A stretch of DNA of 58,581 nt, filler included, from Squatina squatina (Eukaryota): assembly GCA_031763465.1 (NCBI GenBank). It is 4 parts of 4 records of this genome, joined end to end, with 100 filler letters (N's around TTAATTAATTAA, not from the genome) between each part and the next. Parts side by side here need not be neighbours in the genome. Positions count along the whole stretch, not along the records: positions 16,013 to 28,592 come from JARFOE010000057.1; positions 28,693 to 43,945 come from JARFOE010000073.1; 2 more parts are not named here. One strand, given 5' to 3'. The translations under genes were made by a program, and so were the position numbers. The notes beneath the pieces are model-generated. The model saw only the letters and a list, made by a program, of their open reading frames with translations, was not told the DNA's origin and ran no database searches. Below, piece by piece: positions 24,651 to 37,167 of the stretch (position 1 is its first letter; each line of letters begins with the position of its first letter).

Positions 24651-27051
24651 CTACCCACTTGAAATTATGAATGACATTCTGAGATTTCATTATTCTGTAC
24701 TGGGCTGTTACCAACATTCTGTTGTCTCTCCAGCTCCTGCAAGATGGAATAATTTTCTGAATTCAAATGATCTGTTAAAACATACAGTTTGCAACCCTTT
24801 TCACTTTCACAGAAACCTATCTTTTATCTGTCAAAAAAGCACTAATAGAGTCTATGTAATTGTACATTTTTTACCCTATCTCATCATTCAGCCCTTAATT
24901 TAATTTATATCTGTCTCACTAATTCCCAACTACAGTGCATCTAGATTTGTTTTGCTTTGTTTTTCCTGATCACTTTCATTAATATTCAGCAGCTGCAGGG
25001 GAAAGTATGCACTCTCAGTACATACAATATAATTGATATGCAGTCATCATCTATTTTATGCATTAATCTTTCCCTGGGTTACATCCACATTCTCATTTCT
25101 AGACCTCTTTATGATAAGAAGAAAATTGAAAGCAAAAGGTCATAGGCATCTTATCTGATCCATGCAACTGTGGATTTAGTGAGTCACTTTGTAAGGACTT
25201 CAGCTTTCTTCTGTCTATAAAAGTCACAGCAAAAGTCTTTTAATTTTTCAATAATCAAGATATCTTAGATAACCATTTTGGGGCCCACAACCTTAAGCAG
25301 CTAACTGGTCTAATTCTTAATGGGACGCAAGTCCTTGCTACTGATACAGCAGCCAGTTTCACTATTGTAAAGACGTTGGTCGCCTGAATGAGTTTTCCAT
25401 CACAAAAACAAGATTTCAATCACTTCATTATGATGCGTATGATTCAAATGCAGAATCTTAACATCTATAGATGAGAACTACAGCATTAAGCCCACTCCAA
25501 ATCAAATCTGATGTAAAATGCTATTATAATTAATTTATGGACTTCCATTTTTACTATTAACTGATGTCCCCATGACTTCTTTCTTGCTACAAACTGGGAC
25601 AAAACGGACATCACCTGGCTTTTTAAAGGCAGTTCAAATGATTAATTGGGATTTTTTTGTAGACTTTATTTAGAATGGCTGCAATACAAGTCATGTAGAC
25701 CAACCAAAAGAAATACTGTCGTCGTAATAAGTAGTTGGTCGGTCGTGCAATACTTAAGGGATTATTTTACAATGAAAGTCTCAAAGTGTTTTTCAAAATT
25801 GAGCATAGTTTGCATGATTAATTGCTGCATTAANNNNNNNNNNNNNNNNNNNNNNNNNNNNNNNNNNNNNNNNNNNNNNNNNNNNNNNNNNNNNNNNNNN
25901 NNNNNNNNNNNNNNNNNNNNNNNNNNNNNNNNNAGAGCTTGGAAATGACAAAATCCCTCCATTCTGTCAATCTCCTTGTCTCTGCAATCTTCTCCATCTC
26001 TATGCCCCAGCTTTCGTCTTTTGAGTCTGGAGTACTATGTATGCTGCCTTAACTTTTAATTTGTACCAAGAACATAAAGATATGTACAAGGCTAGATTGT
26101 TCCCATATGCATTCATACAGGAACTTAACCGCTCGCTCTGTCACATAAACCATGAAAGCAAAGTTTGAATGCTGGCTCTGCACCACAATCTAACTTTCAC
26201 ATTCCTCACACAAAATATTTGATTTGTTTCTTCATGAAATAAGTTTCTTTGCCTTTTGTTTTCTTGGTTTCTATTTGGAGTCTTGTACTCGGTGTTCTTA
26301 TGCTTAGGTTGTTGGAGAGTTAGACAGACAGTTTGATGAAGTCCTTACAGAGTCAACTTCATATGACAGGATGGGACAGTGTTGCATGGAATTCATTTGT
26401 ATTCTAAAAGGATCTGTCAGTCTTGTATTTTCTTTTTATTTTACAAAAGCAAATTTATATTTCATGCGTTTGTTAAGACTGAGGTGTGGCATTGCTGCTG
26501 AATGAAGCACTTCTCAATTTTGCCATCCAATCTTAGCATCAAGCAATCTTAGTTCAAGTATATCCCAGCTAAATGCAGACCAATCCTTCATCTATTTTGG
26601 CCTGATGATCTGTCTTACTACCAATCTCAGCATTCTGTATTGCACCCTTGTGGCTTTGTCCACTTTGCAGTTACCATCCTTTTAGCTAACTAATGCGACT
26701 GTCAGTTTAGTGCCAAATTTTGTGCCTTTTTTTATTGCTGTGGGTGCCCACATCCACTAGGATTGGAGTAACAATTTCCAAATTCATTTAATCTGGGACA
26801 CTGACAAGCAACAGAGAGGAAAGGCCTTCAATTGCATTAGCCAGGTTGAACCCAACCAGGGTTTTCAGGTTTGCAACAACCATGTGTCAGTGTGACAGGA
26901 TGCTGCAATGGCAGCTTCTGCATGGATGATTAAAATGGGCCGAATGGCCTTCCCCCACTGCATCATTCGATCTCCATCTTGCATTTATTGAAAAAATGTT
27001 TCTATGATTAATTTTTCAATGACGTCTAACCATTCCCTCTTTTATTTGCAG

Positions 27052-27179
27052 TGCGGGTTGTAAAGAGCAAGCAGTGGTGTGAAATGATCCCCTGTTCAGA
27101 AGGAGAAATCTGTGGTTTATTAATGAACAAGTCAGGCTGGACCTGCACACAACCAGGAGGTCGAATAAAGACAATAACG
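27052..27179 (+). CDS. TAFA5: TAFA5-family third coding exon (128 nt): (V)RVVKSKQWCEMIPCSEGEICGLLMNKSGWTCTQPGGRIKTIT
   Basis: Polypyrimidine tract plus ttgcag acceptor (27051) and donor ACG|gtagac. Cys spacing and the SGWTCTQPGGRIKT motif are diagnostic of TAFA5 (human ARIIKTKQWCDMLPCLEGEGCDLLINRSGWTCTQPGGRIKTTT). Confidence 0.92.
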
Positions 27180-28592
27180 GTAGACCATGCTGAGTGTTCA
27201 TGTTATGAATGTGATGTTATATCAACCAGTTATTTTTTTTTGCAGAAATAGGTTTTTACATTTACAAGGACAGAAGTAAATCTCATTTTCATGTAACTTC
27301 AAAATCTGTAAGACAGTTAGCTGTAACAACATGTTTAACGGAAGTAGCATATCTTAATTTCACAGTCAACNNNNNNNNNNNNNNNNNNNNNNNNNNNNNN
27401 NNNNNNNNNNNNNNNNNNNNNNNNNNNNNNNNNNNNNNNNNNNNNNNNNNNNNNNNNNNNNNNNNNNNNNTAATGGAGTGTATATATGCACCATACATTT
27501 TAAGGTTGCCTGCTATTAATATAGATTACTCTTAGGAACTGAAACAGAGAGGCAATTTGTCTTCACTTGAAGGATGCCAAAAAGGTTGGGAGTTTATATT
27601 CTCAGGTGCGGATTCGCTGCAGACAAATATGAAGTACAAGTAGGAGAAGACAGATACAAACAGGAATCATGCAAATCCAAATCTCTCAAATGTTATTTTA
27701 CCTTGGTAACTGTTGGATTTTTGAGAANNNNNNNNNNTTTACTGCTCAATCTTTTTCTAAATGTGGTAGTAAAAGGTATCAAAGGCTGTTAAAAATGCAT
27801 GTGGCAACTTATGGTGGTTTAAGAATTTACAAAGTGTCCACTGTTTCTATCACTTATGACAGGCAACTAGGATAAGGCTCACTGGGGTAGACACTTGTCA
27901 TGGGTAGTAGTACAAAGTGGAAAACTATGGTACTGAGTATCAGGTGGGCCTTGTCACTGGCGGCCATCTTGACACTCAACGTTTTGTGCCACGACAAATT
28001 TCTTCCCCACTGTTTTTTACCACTGATTTTCATGTTTTTTCAAAGTTCTCTTCCTTTGGATATGGCTGGACTTGTCATTCGAGGCCAAAATACATTTTCC
28101 TCTTTGAAACCATGCCGCCAGTTACACCTTTGCTGTCTCTTCACTGTCAGTAGAGGTTGAGTTGCTGCTCTAACTGGGAACAAAGCACCGGGAAGCAGGT
28201 TCTTTGAATATTTTCACTGGTTCATTGTTGCTAGTAAGAGGCAATACAACAATGAGTAGGCCACCAAGTATAGAAGTATCAAAAACAAAAGTACTCTGGG
28301 ATATTTCTTCTGTACAAATGTGATCCTGTCTCACTGCATATATGAATGCAATGTTTTCGGGACTATGTAGTGAAATATCCTTATGCAATATATTAAAACC
28401 GAATCACACAGCACAGGAGGAGGCCATTCGGCCCATCACCCCTGAGCTGGCTCTTTGAAATAGACAATATTGCCATTTCTCTGCTCATTTAGCCTAATAA
28501 GCTAACATAAGGAGACATATTTTCATTCCCCCCTTAATCAGCAGCAAGGAACGGAGTGTTACCTTTTTCATTTTTGTACGATTTTAAAAACC

Positions 28593-28692
28593 NNNNNNNN
28601 NNNNNNNNNNNNNNNNNNNNNNNNNNNNNNNNNNNNTTAATTAATTAANNNNNNNNNNNNNNNNNNNNNNNNNNNNNNNNNNNNNNNNNNNN
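28593..28692. other. Artificial scaffold-joining linker
   Basis: 44 N + TTAATTAATTAA (28637-28648) + 44 N. Confidence 0.97.
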
Positions 28693-29120
28693 AAGACTTT
28701 CTGGTTATTATCTCATTGTTGGTAGGATCTTGTTGCATGAATTGGCTGCTGCATTTCCTAAGTTACAACAGTGACTACACTTAAATGGTTATAATGTGCT
28801 TTGGGATATCCTGAGGTTGAGAAAGGCACTGGATCAATGAAAATTCACCAGAGGGTCTGGATTTAAATCCAACTAGTTTCAAGGGTCCAATGTGAAACAA
28901 TGTGTAGTCTCAATCTAGTTTATAGGATTGCCACACCAATACAGATCACACATACAAGGTGGAGCCACATGGTTGAGAAAGTGGAATGTTGGCCTTGCCA
29001 GTTGCAGCTATATCCAAGAAAAAGAAAATTGCATTTTGCTTAACTTGGTCGTGCATGATTAGTCACTCAATATAGCAAGTATTCAAATCCTAGCAATAAG
29101 TCTGAACATTAGAGTTACTA

Positions 29121-29252
<132 letters not shown>

Positions 29253-29256
29253 TTAC

Positions 29257-29356
29257 TTTCATCCGGGTTTGGTGCAGCGAGGATTGCACTGTGTTTCCGT
29301 TTAACCTCTTCCACGTTCTCAGAGATCTTGTCTATGAATCCTCGGATTTCTTCAAC
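29257..29356 (-). CDS. STX1A: Syntaxin-1A exon 3 (100 nt): [33 protein letters not shown]
   Basis: Minus-strand acceptor ttttcag and donor A|gtaaga. The peptide is near-identical to recalled STX1A ([33 protein letters not shown]) and less similar to STX1B or STX2. Confidence 0.93.
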
Positions 29357-31644
29357 CTGAAAATTACACGAAGCATTTAGAAACACATTCTCTTTACTAC
29401 TCACTTGAGACCGGAGCAGAAGAGAAAGCAGACTTAAATTTAGTACATTACCCATTACGCAATGCAATAAAACAAGGACATTAAAATAAAGCTTGCGGAC
29501 CCTGCCAACAACTATGCGGTGTCGTCAATTACTGAGTCTTAATGCCAAACATAGGATCCCAAAACATGAGACACGCTCATAAAACTTGAAGATGTCATTT
29601 CACCCAAGCAGCTCACTTTGCCTCTCCTCTATCAGAGCAGAGTCTATTTCTCATCTTTTCCAACCAATAACAATCCACTCTGGTTTTTTTGACTCCACCT
29701 CACTGGTGCCTTCATTATTTGAAAAATGTGGATCAAAGCTCTTCCTTTACTTTCCCATTTCCAACGAGATTTGAGTTACCCGCTCAAACTCGACTCAGTG
29801 TGATAATCCGAAACCTGGAGTCTCTGCTGTTGCTCTCAGAACCCTTTCCAACACTTTGCTAGATTTTCAGGTGTGTACTTTACACAGTAAATAATACTGC
29901 CTGTGTACTCTCAGTGATTCTAAGTGGAGTATCAGTAATGTTCCCATGGATTTATACATTTCACATCTGCTTAAACACTCAAAACTGCTTTTGCGGTTGT
30001 TGTCCTCACTGAAACTATGACTTCAACTGCGACGTTTTCTAGATTCTTTGAATGTAACTTTGAATTTTATATTTTCGATTTTAGTTCCAAAACCTTGTAA
30101 ATGTACCTTTCTTGATATTCAAGCACTCGTTCATCAGCCCAGTTGTTAAGTCTCTCTGAATGTAATCCTTGCCATCTCATGGGGAGAAAGCGGGAATATG
30201 GCGATGAGATANNNNNNNNNNNNNNNNNNNNNNNNNNNNNNNNNNNNNNNNNNNNNNNNNNNNNNNNNNNNNNNNNNNNNNNNNNNNNNNNNNNNNNNNN
30301 NNNNNNNNNNNACTTGCATTTGGCTAGTTTTTTGGGCTCTAACAACTCTTCATTAAAGAGATGCAAATAAAAAGAAAGCGTTTCAATCTTGCTGAAAGGA
30401 TGGGGAAAATTTGAATTCTTCACAACACTTGGACTCGAGGATATAAATCATGGACAGTTTTGCCTTGGATTTCACTTCAATTGAGACAAACCATCTCAAA
30501 TCAGCTCAGACCAACCAGAACATTTTGAGAATGCGGTAAGACAGAAAGTCAGAGAAAGACAACTGCCCCAGGCTTGATTTCCTAATCAGGTACACCCAAT
30601 TAATTGGAGTAAATCAGGTGGACTCAACTGGAAAATTCTGTAGAATTCCATCATGCCAGATCTCCATTCACTCTGCATTGCACACAACTCCTCTGTGAGA
30701 ATGGAATGCTGGTATTGAACACAGGTAGACAGGATTAAAACATTAATTTGGGGGTAGGGATGTTCTGGTGTGCTGGTCTCTTCCAAATGATTTCCCATGC
30801 CGGCATGGGCTGGTTGGGCTGAATGGCCTTGTTTCTGTGCTATATATTTTATGAAATGGTTGCTAGGAATTAACTGTGAGTAATTATTATTTTAATGGAC
30901 ACAGTAAATAAGTTGACTCTTCAGCTTTAAAATTATTTAACTGTTTTTCATTTTTTTTGCTCATTTTCCCTCTACTAACATTTAGGTTCTTTTTGAGCCT
31001 TTGCCGATTGATGCACGATTTTGCCTCCCATACCATTACTGCCACCGATGGGCTTCACAATGGAAATCACCAGAATTGAGATGTTTGAGGGAGGACGGAG
31101 GAGGAGCGGTAAAAGACTGCCAGGCGTAAAAGGTATTCTGTGCCAGGCTGCCATTACTGGTATTTCTGCACCTTCAGACCGAGGTAAATATCACTTTGGC
31201 AAATAAGTCGTTCATGTGGAGGGTCCTATGCCAAAGGAAGCTCGGCCAGTCGACACAAAGGCATCACTAGGAGATGTGGATGCCAGACTAACCCTCCTCA
31301 TGCAGCACCACCACCACTTCAACATTCAGCAAAGAGATAGTCGGGCGCTGGCTGCTTTATCATGTGCCTGCAGACTCACGCTTGCACCTTGGGTTTCCTT
31401 TCTCTTCATTTTTTTTCCCTGTTTCTTCTTAGTCCCCAACCCCTTCAGCCTGGTCAAAGGCTTCCAGTGAGAACCTTTCCTAAGGCTGGAAGAGTTTTTG
31501 TCTCCCTACTCTGACACTGATTTTTAATTAACTGTACCCCGTAAATTTCACCTGCCCACAGCACTCATGTATTCCCCTTCACATATACAAACGCAAAGCT
31601 AAACATAATTATGATATTGAACCAACTTTGGAAAATGTCTCTAT

Positions 31645-31876
31645 ACAGAGGGAGGTTACATTGTGGAATTCTCTGCCACAAAGCATTGCTAAAGCAAAGT
31701 TCATAATTTAGATAGTCATTTGAAAAGAGGATTATTAAAGGATATGAGGGGGGGGTAGCGGACTGAGTAGGAGAGTAGAATTAGACTAGGTGGCTAGACA
31801 GCAGGGCAGTGGTTTTAGTTTTGGATTATTCCAGCATAGAGCCATTGGACACAAGGTCTCCTCCTGTGCTGTAAAT
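31645..31876 (+). mobile_element. CR1 LINE 3' end (degenerate)
   Basis: Encodes Q R.V.LWNSLP, then the typical 3'UTR ending cctcctgtgctgtaaat. Confidence 0.65.
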
Positions 31877-32275
31877 ATTGGCCTACGCAGGTACTCCTTG
31901 GACATGACCACTTCCTAAATTCTGTGCTTGTATCTCAAGCTCCTCCTCAAAGAAGAAAGGCAGCTCGGGGAATTCTACAGAAGTGGTATTGTAGCTGTAT
32001 GAAGATGCTGGTTTGATCCAGCTGCAACTCACTCCAATCTTTTGATTCCAATTGATCCAAAAGTTTATAAAGGGCTTCTCCAAAGGCAGCCCCTATCTGA
32101 TGATCTAACTGTACTGACATTTAACACTGTGGGTTCATAGTTCACGGTCATATTGCTATATCCTTGCTTCCTTTACAGCCTGCTTAGGATGTACCTTGAG
32201 CCCCGATGAAATCCCGCTGTTACAACAGCTGTTTCCAACTGTTCTTCCCTCTGCCTCCAGTCACAACCATCTCAC

Positions 32276-32353
32276 CTGCTCAAAGAACTCATCCATGAAG
32301 TGGTCCCTGTCCACGTTAACACTGACTTCGTCATCATCATCGCTGTCCTTTGC
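32276..32353 (-). CDS. STX1A: Syntaxin-1A exon 2 (78 nt): [26 protein letters not shown]
   Basis: Acceptor ttcacag and donor CAG|gtgag, phase 0, joining the exon at 29356 in frame. The 26-codon length fits STX1A (recalled STX1B has 25). Confidence 0.93.
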
Positions 32354-32379
32354 CTGTGAACGAATAAAGAATAATTGTT

Positions 32380-33020
32380 ACCATAAGACCATAAGAAGTA
32401 GGAGCAGGAGTAGGCTATTCGGCCCGTCGAGCCCGATCCGCCATTCAATTGGATCATGGCTGATCCGACATTTCTCAAGTCCACCTCCCCGCCTTCTCCC
32501 CATAACCCTTGATNNNNNNNNNNNNNNNNNNNNNNNNNNNNNNNNNNNNNNNNNNNNNNNNNNNNNNNNNNNNNNNNNNNNNNNNNNNNNNNNNNNNNNN
32601 NNNNNNNNNNNNNCATGCCCTCTGCCTCCATGCGTAGGTCTCCTTTTTGATCCCGAATCAGCCCCACCCCTCCTCTTACTACCTGTTTACTTTTATATGC
32701 CGATAGAAGACTTTTAAATTCTCCTTTATGTTGGTTGCCAATCTATTCTCGTACTCTTTTTTTTCCACTTCCCCTCAGAACTTTCTATAATCAGCCTGAT
32801 TCTCACTTGTATGATCAACTTGACATCTGTCATATGTGCTTTTTTTCTGCTTCATCTTATTCTCTATCTCTTTCGTCATCCAGGGAGCTCTGACTTTGGT
32901 TGCCACGTGGGAATGTACTTCGGCTGTACCCGAACCATCTCTTTAAAGGCCACCCATTGCTCCATTAGTTTTGCCAGCCAATCTTTGATTCCAATTTACC
33001 TGGGCCAGATCCATTTTCAA
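32380..33020 (-). mobile_element. CR1 LINE (3' tail at 32380-32513; ORF2 linker region at 32614-33020), interrupted by a gap
   Basis: Tail reads ...cctactcctgctcctacttcttatggtcttatgg on the minus strand. The ORF2 piece reads EYENRLATNIKENLKVFYRHI..GGVGLIRDQKGDLRMEAEGM. A close copy of the tail lies at 37798-37982. Confidence 0.8.
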
Positions 33021-33435
33021 CCCACTTTATTTATTTATATATTAAAATGTTAGCTTTTAGCACACACTTCCTGTTGTCAAACTTACTTCCGGCATTATGA
33101 TTTTGCTATGATGTAATCACATCTAGGGTAACTCCTGGAATTGCTTTAAAACTGAAAGATTTGTATAGGTTTTAGACCTGCAAACACTAGGTGGTGCTGC
33201 AGCTATTGCACGCTGCATCTCCCAGCTCCATTTCTCTAGATGGCACTGCAGGTACATTTTTCTTAGATTTATTAAACTGCTAGATAATGTCCCGTGAAAA
33301 TGTACATGACACTGAAGAAATTGTTGTTGAATAAGAACAGAAAGATAAAATAGTACCATGGTGAATATGTGACTGGAAGCTAGTATAGAAATTATAGAAA
33401 AAAAAGTTGAAAAATGATGGCACAGCTGAGACCCA

Positions 33436-33638
33436 TTGCCTGCAATTTCTGTGCCGTGTGGGAACTTCAAGACGCTTCATATATCTGGATAACCACGTGG
33501 GCAGGAGGTGCCTCCAGTTGCTCGATCTCAAGCTCAGGGTTTCTGAACTTGAGGAGTAGCTGAAATCACTGTAGGGCATACTGGAGGCTGGAAATTTCCT
33601 GGAGCGCACATTCCAGGAGGTGCTCACTCCACAGCTAC
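33436..33638 (+). mobile_element. CR1 ORF1 N-terminal zinc-finger/leucine-zipper fragment
   Basis: C..CAVWELQDA...(frameshift)..RRCLQLLDLKLRVSELEE*LKSL*GILEAGNFLERTFQEVLTPQL. Confidence 0.7.
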
Positions 33639-33738
33639 NNNNNNNNNNNNNNNNNNNNNNNNNNNNNNNNNNNNNNNNNNNNNNNNNNNNNNNNNNNNNN
33701 NNNNNNNNNNNNNNNNNNNNNNNNNNNNNNNNNNNNNN

Positions 33739-34086
33739 TGTGGGGTAGAATAGGAAGTAGAGATCACAGTTCTCAATCAGTTGTGGGATTGGGTCAGCAG
33801 TAGAGATCACAGTCCTAGACCAGTTATGGCGTCAGATAGGAAGTAGAGATCACAGTCCTAGACCAGGTGTGGAGTTGGGTCAGCAGTAGAGATCACAGTC
33901 CTCGACCAGTTGTGGGGTTGGATTGGAAGTAGAGATCACAGTTCTAGACCAGTTGTGGGGTTGGGTAGGAAGTAGAGATCACAGTCCTAGACCAGTTGTG
34001 GGTTTGGGTCGGCAGTAGAGGTCACAGTCCTAGACCAGTTGTTGGATTGGGTAGGAAGTAGAGATCACAGTCCTGAACCAGTTGTG
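33739..34086 (+). repeat. 43-bp minisatellite, about 8 visible copies
   Basis: Unit gtagagatcacagtcctagaccagttgtggggttgggtaggaa starts at 33757, 33800, 33843, 33886, 33929, 33972, 34015 and 34058. The left end runs into a gap. Confidence 0.95.
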
Positions 34087-37038
34087 TTGCAGATATCTAT
34101 GTGTTGAATTCAGGAAAGCAGTGCAGTGATACAATTTGTGACCTTGTTGAGGTAAAGATATTGGGCCCACGCCTGACATATTATAATCTTGCACATGGTT
34201 GTGCATCAAACTGAGACTGTTGTGATTTGTAACAGTTGGTTATCGGGTTTAATATTCCTGATACAAACTGTAGCAACAAAGTTTCCTGGTGGCTGTTTAT
34301 CGCAGTGTTGAGGTCAGGCCATTTGCGGGGGCTCTTTTCTCCTGTTTGTCTTAGTGGTGTTGGAATTTCTTCCTCAGCATAATTTGCCACATTATGAAAA
34401 TAGAAGCTGTGAAAGCAGAAAAACACAACTTCGAACCGTTAAGCTTTTTGTGTCAGTGATGCTGAGAATGACAAGTATCTGGATAATTTCTATAGCTATG
34501 TATTAGAAATGTAATAAATGTGTGAGCACATTCCTATGTGTGGTATTCAGAATAACTAATTTATGTGTGCTTATGGGCTACTAAATCAGACAGTTTTGAG
34601 ACAGAAATTATATCCCACAGTTCCCTGTATGATGTCTGTGAATACTTCTTTCTGCCCTATTCCTTCTGTGAGATAATGGTCTCACAGGAAAGAAATGAAT
34701 CAACTATCGTAAATTGGGTTGAACTGCTAATGGATAAACCTATAAAAGTATTTAAAGAAATATTTGGTATGATACAAAGCCAGCACACACCCCTAAAAGG
34801 CAAAGACTCTGCTTGTTCAACCACAGTCAACAAATGAGGCAAGATACAGTGTCAANNNNNNNNNNNNNNNNNNNNNNNNNNNNNNNNNNNNNNNNNNNNN
34901 NNNNNNNNNNNNNNNNNNNNNNNNNNNNNNNNNNNNNNNNNNNNNNNNNNNNNNNGATTGTTTGTAGAGAGTGGAATGTTGGTTATTGTCAAACTCTGGC
35001 AGCCGTTTGTTGCCCGGTTTTGGGTATTTTTTTTCTCTGGGTTTTGGATGTTTAAAATCCAGTATTTGGGTTTTTCACCTCATAAGTGGGGCATCTGGGA
35101 TACTGTTGCTAATTTTCTGGTCTATCCTTACTATTTGCAGCCACCTGATTACAGGATAGGGCCTCCTGAATCCCAGCCTTCCCTGGAGGTTTTATTAGCC
35201 GCATCCTGAGCCTACCTTCTCTTGCTCCGTAATCCCTGCCCCCACCGTTACTCCCAATCCTCATAACCTCTCATCCCATTGCGAACCAAGTCCTAATATC
35301 TACTCCCCACAACCCCCCCAATCTGTACCTCTACTTTGACTACAGGATTGATTGGTCGATTGTATTATGACAAGGTGAAAACCCAGAAGTGCTGAATAAA
35401 GTAATTTTTGTGGCTGTGTCAGTGTCTTTGTATAATACAGAGTGGCTGTGCTGCTCCGCGTGTGTGATTTGCACTTGCTGTCTTATCTGAAATATAGTAA
35501 CACACATACATACAGGTACTCCATCGAAAATAAGGGGCCGAAATTAATTCGCGCCCCACCGGAGTGCTTACGGGACGGGAGCCGGTATTTCTAGCGCTGG
35601 CTCCCATCCCGCCCTGCCCACCGCAGAATTCGCAATTCCGGGGCNNNNNNNNNNNNNNNNNNNNNNNNNNNNNNNNNNNNNNNNNNNNNNNNNNNNNNNN
35701 NNNNNNNNNNNNNNNNNNNNNNNNNNNNNNNNNNNNNNNNNNNNNNNNNNNNNNNNNNNNNNNNNNNNNNNNNNNNNNNNNNNNNNNNNNNNNNNNNNNN
35801 NNNNNNNNNNNNNNNNNNNNNNNNNNNNNNNNNNNNNNNNNNNNNNNNNNNNNNNNNNNNNNNNNNNNNNNNNNNNNNNNNNNNNNNNNNNNNNNNNNNN
35901 NNNNNNNNNNNNNNNNNNNNNNNNNNNNNNNNNNNNNNNNNNNNNNNNNNNNNNNNNNNNNNNNNNNNNNNNNNNNNNNNNNNNNNNNNNNNNNNNNNNN
36001 NNNNNNNNNNNNNNNNNNNNNNNNNNNNNNNNNNNNNNNNNNNNNNNNNNNNNNNNNNNNNNNNNNNNNNNNNNNNNNNNNNNNNNNNNNNNNNNNNNNN
36101 NNNNNNNNNNNNNNNNNNNNNNNNNNNNNNNNNNNNNNNNNNNNNNNNNNNNNNNNNNNNNNNNNNNNNNNNNNNNNNNNNNNNNNNNNNNNNNNNNNNN
36201 NNNNNNNNNNNNNNNNNNNNNNNNNNNNNNNNNNNNNNNNNNNNNNNNNNNNNNNNNNNNNNNNNNNNNNNNNNNNNNNNNNNNNNNNNNNNNNNNNNNN
36301 NNNNNNNNNNNNNCCCCACAGTCTGTGGACTGCCGATAAGTTTCCTGTGTTTGCTGCAGGTTGTCACTGTTGCCCTATGGGGATTGAATTGTTTTCACAT
36401 GTCCCTGTTAGGGCTGCAGTCGCAGGTTCTGCTATTCTCTGGGATCTCGGCAGGAGAGATTACGGTGACTGGGATCATTGCTGAAGTGTGCTGAGGACTG
36501 CGTTTCTGTTTTGCAGTGTGCTAACCTCTCTAATCAATAGCAAACACAGCATTCTAATACTGTAACCCAGGCAACGGGCACACATTGCCTGCTGATAGGC
36601 CAGCTCTGGGAGGAACGCTGGATTGGTGGATTGCAGAAGGTGGCCATGTAGTGGTGGGTTTTAATGTTGATTTGTTCCAAATAGGGGAGCAATAGGATAG
36701 CAGGTACATCTCCGACACTGCACTGCAGCTTGGGATCGTCATATGCTGAAGGGGGAGCAGTTTGTTTAATGATGGATGGGAGGGTGCTGAATAAATAGGC
36801 TGATGTGATGTACACTGGCTGGCTGTAAGGAACCTGCTGTGTAGTTGAGACACATTCAAATACACAGTCCACTGCCGAGACTCTATAGAAACTGCAGATT
36901 GCTGTCTTTTGTGTTACCGACGGGAAAAAACCTGGAGTTGTGCGCTTGATGTATGACAGATTTGTGTTGATGATGGAATCAGTAGACGCCGGCAGCTGAT
37001 GCAGGAGCTGCGAGCAGCGTTTCACTGCAGACCTTGGG

Positions 37039-37167
37039 ATGGAAACACGGACAGAGCGGGAGAGGCGGTCATCATCGCAGCAGCTCTTTGTCACTGTTGA
37101 GGGGACACCAGAGCATCACTCATTGTGTGAGAATATTAACGGATGGGAAATGGAGGCTGTGCAGCAG
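37039..37167 (+). CDS. Candidate first coding exon of the RIMBP-family gene: METRTERERRSSSQQLFVTVEGTPEHHSLCENINGWEMEAVQQ
   Basis: Strong Kozak gggATGG, in-frame stop upstream at 36997, and a strong donor CAG|gtaaga in phase 0 compatible with the exon at 38480. No homology recognised. Confidence 0.45.

Noticed and set aside
35564-36484. 306-aa and 258-aa ORFs, and all other X-containing ORFs
   Set aside because: They are open only because N-runs translate as X.
36783-36791. RE1 site between STX1A and the RIMBP gene (GGTGCTGAA)
   Set aside because: Only the left half-site is present, with no GGACAG partner nearby.
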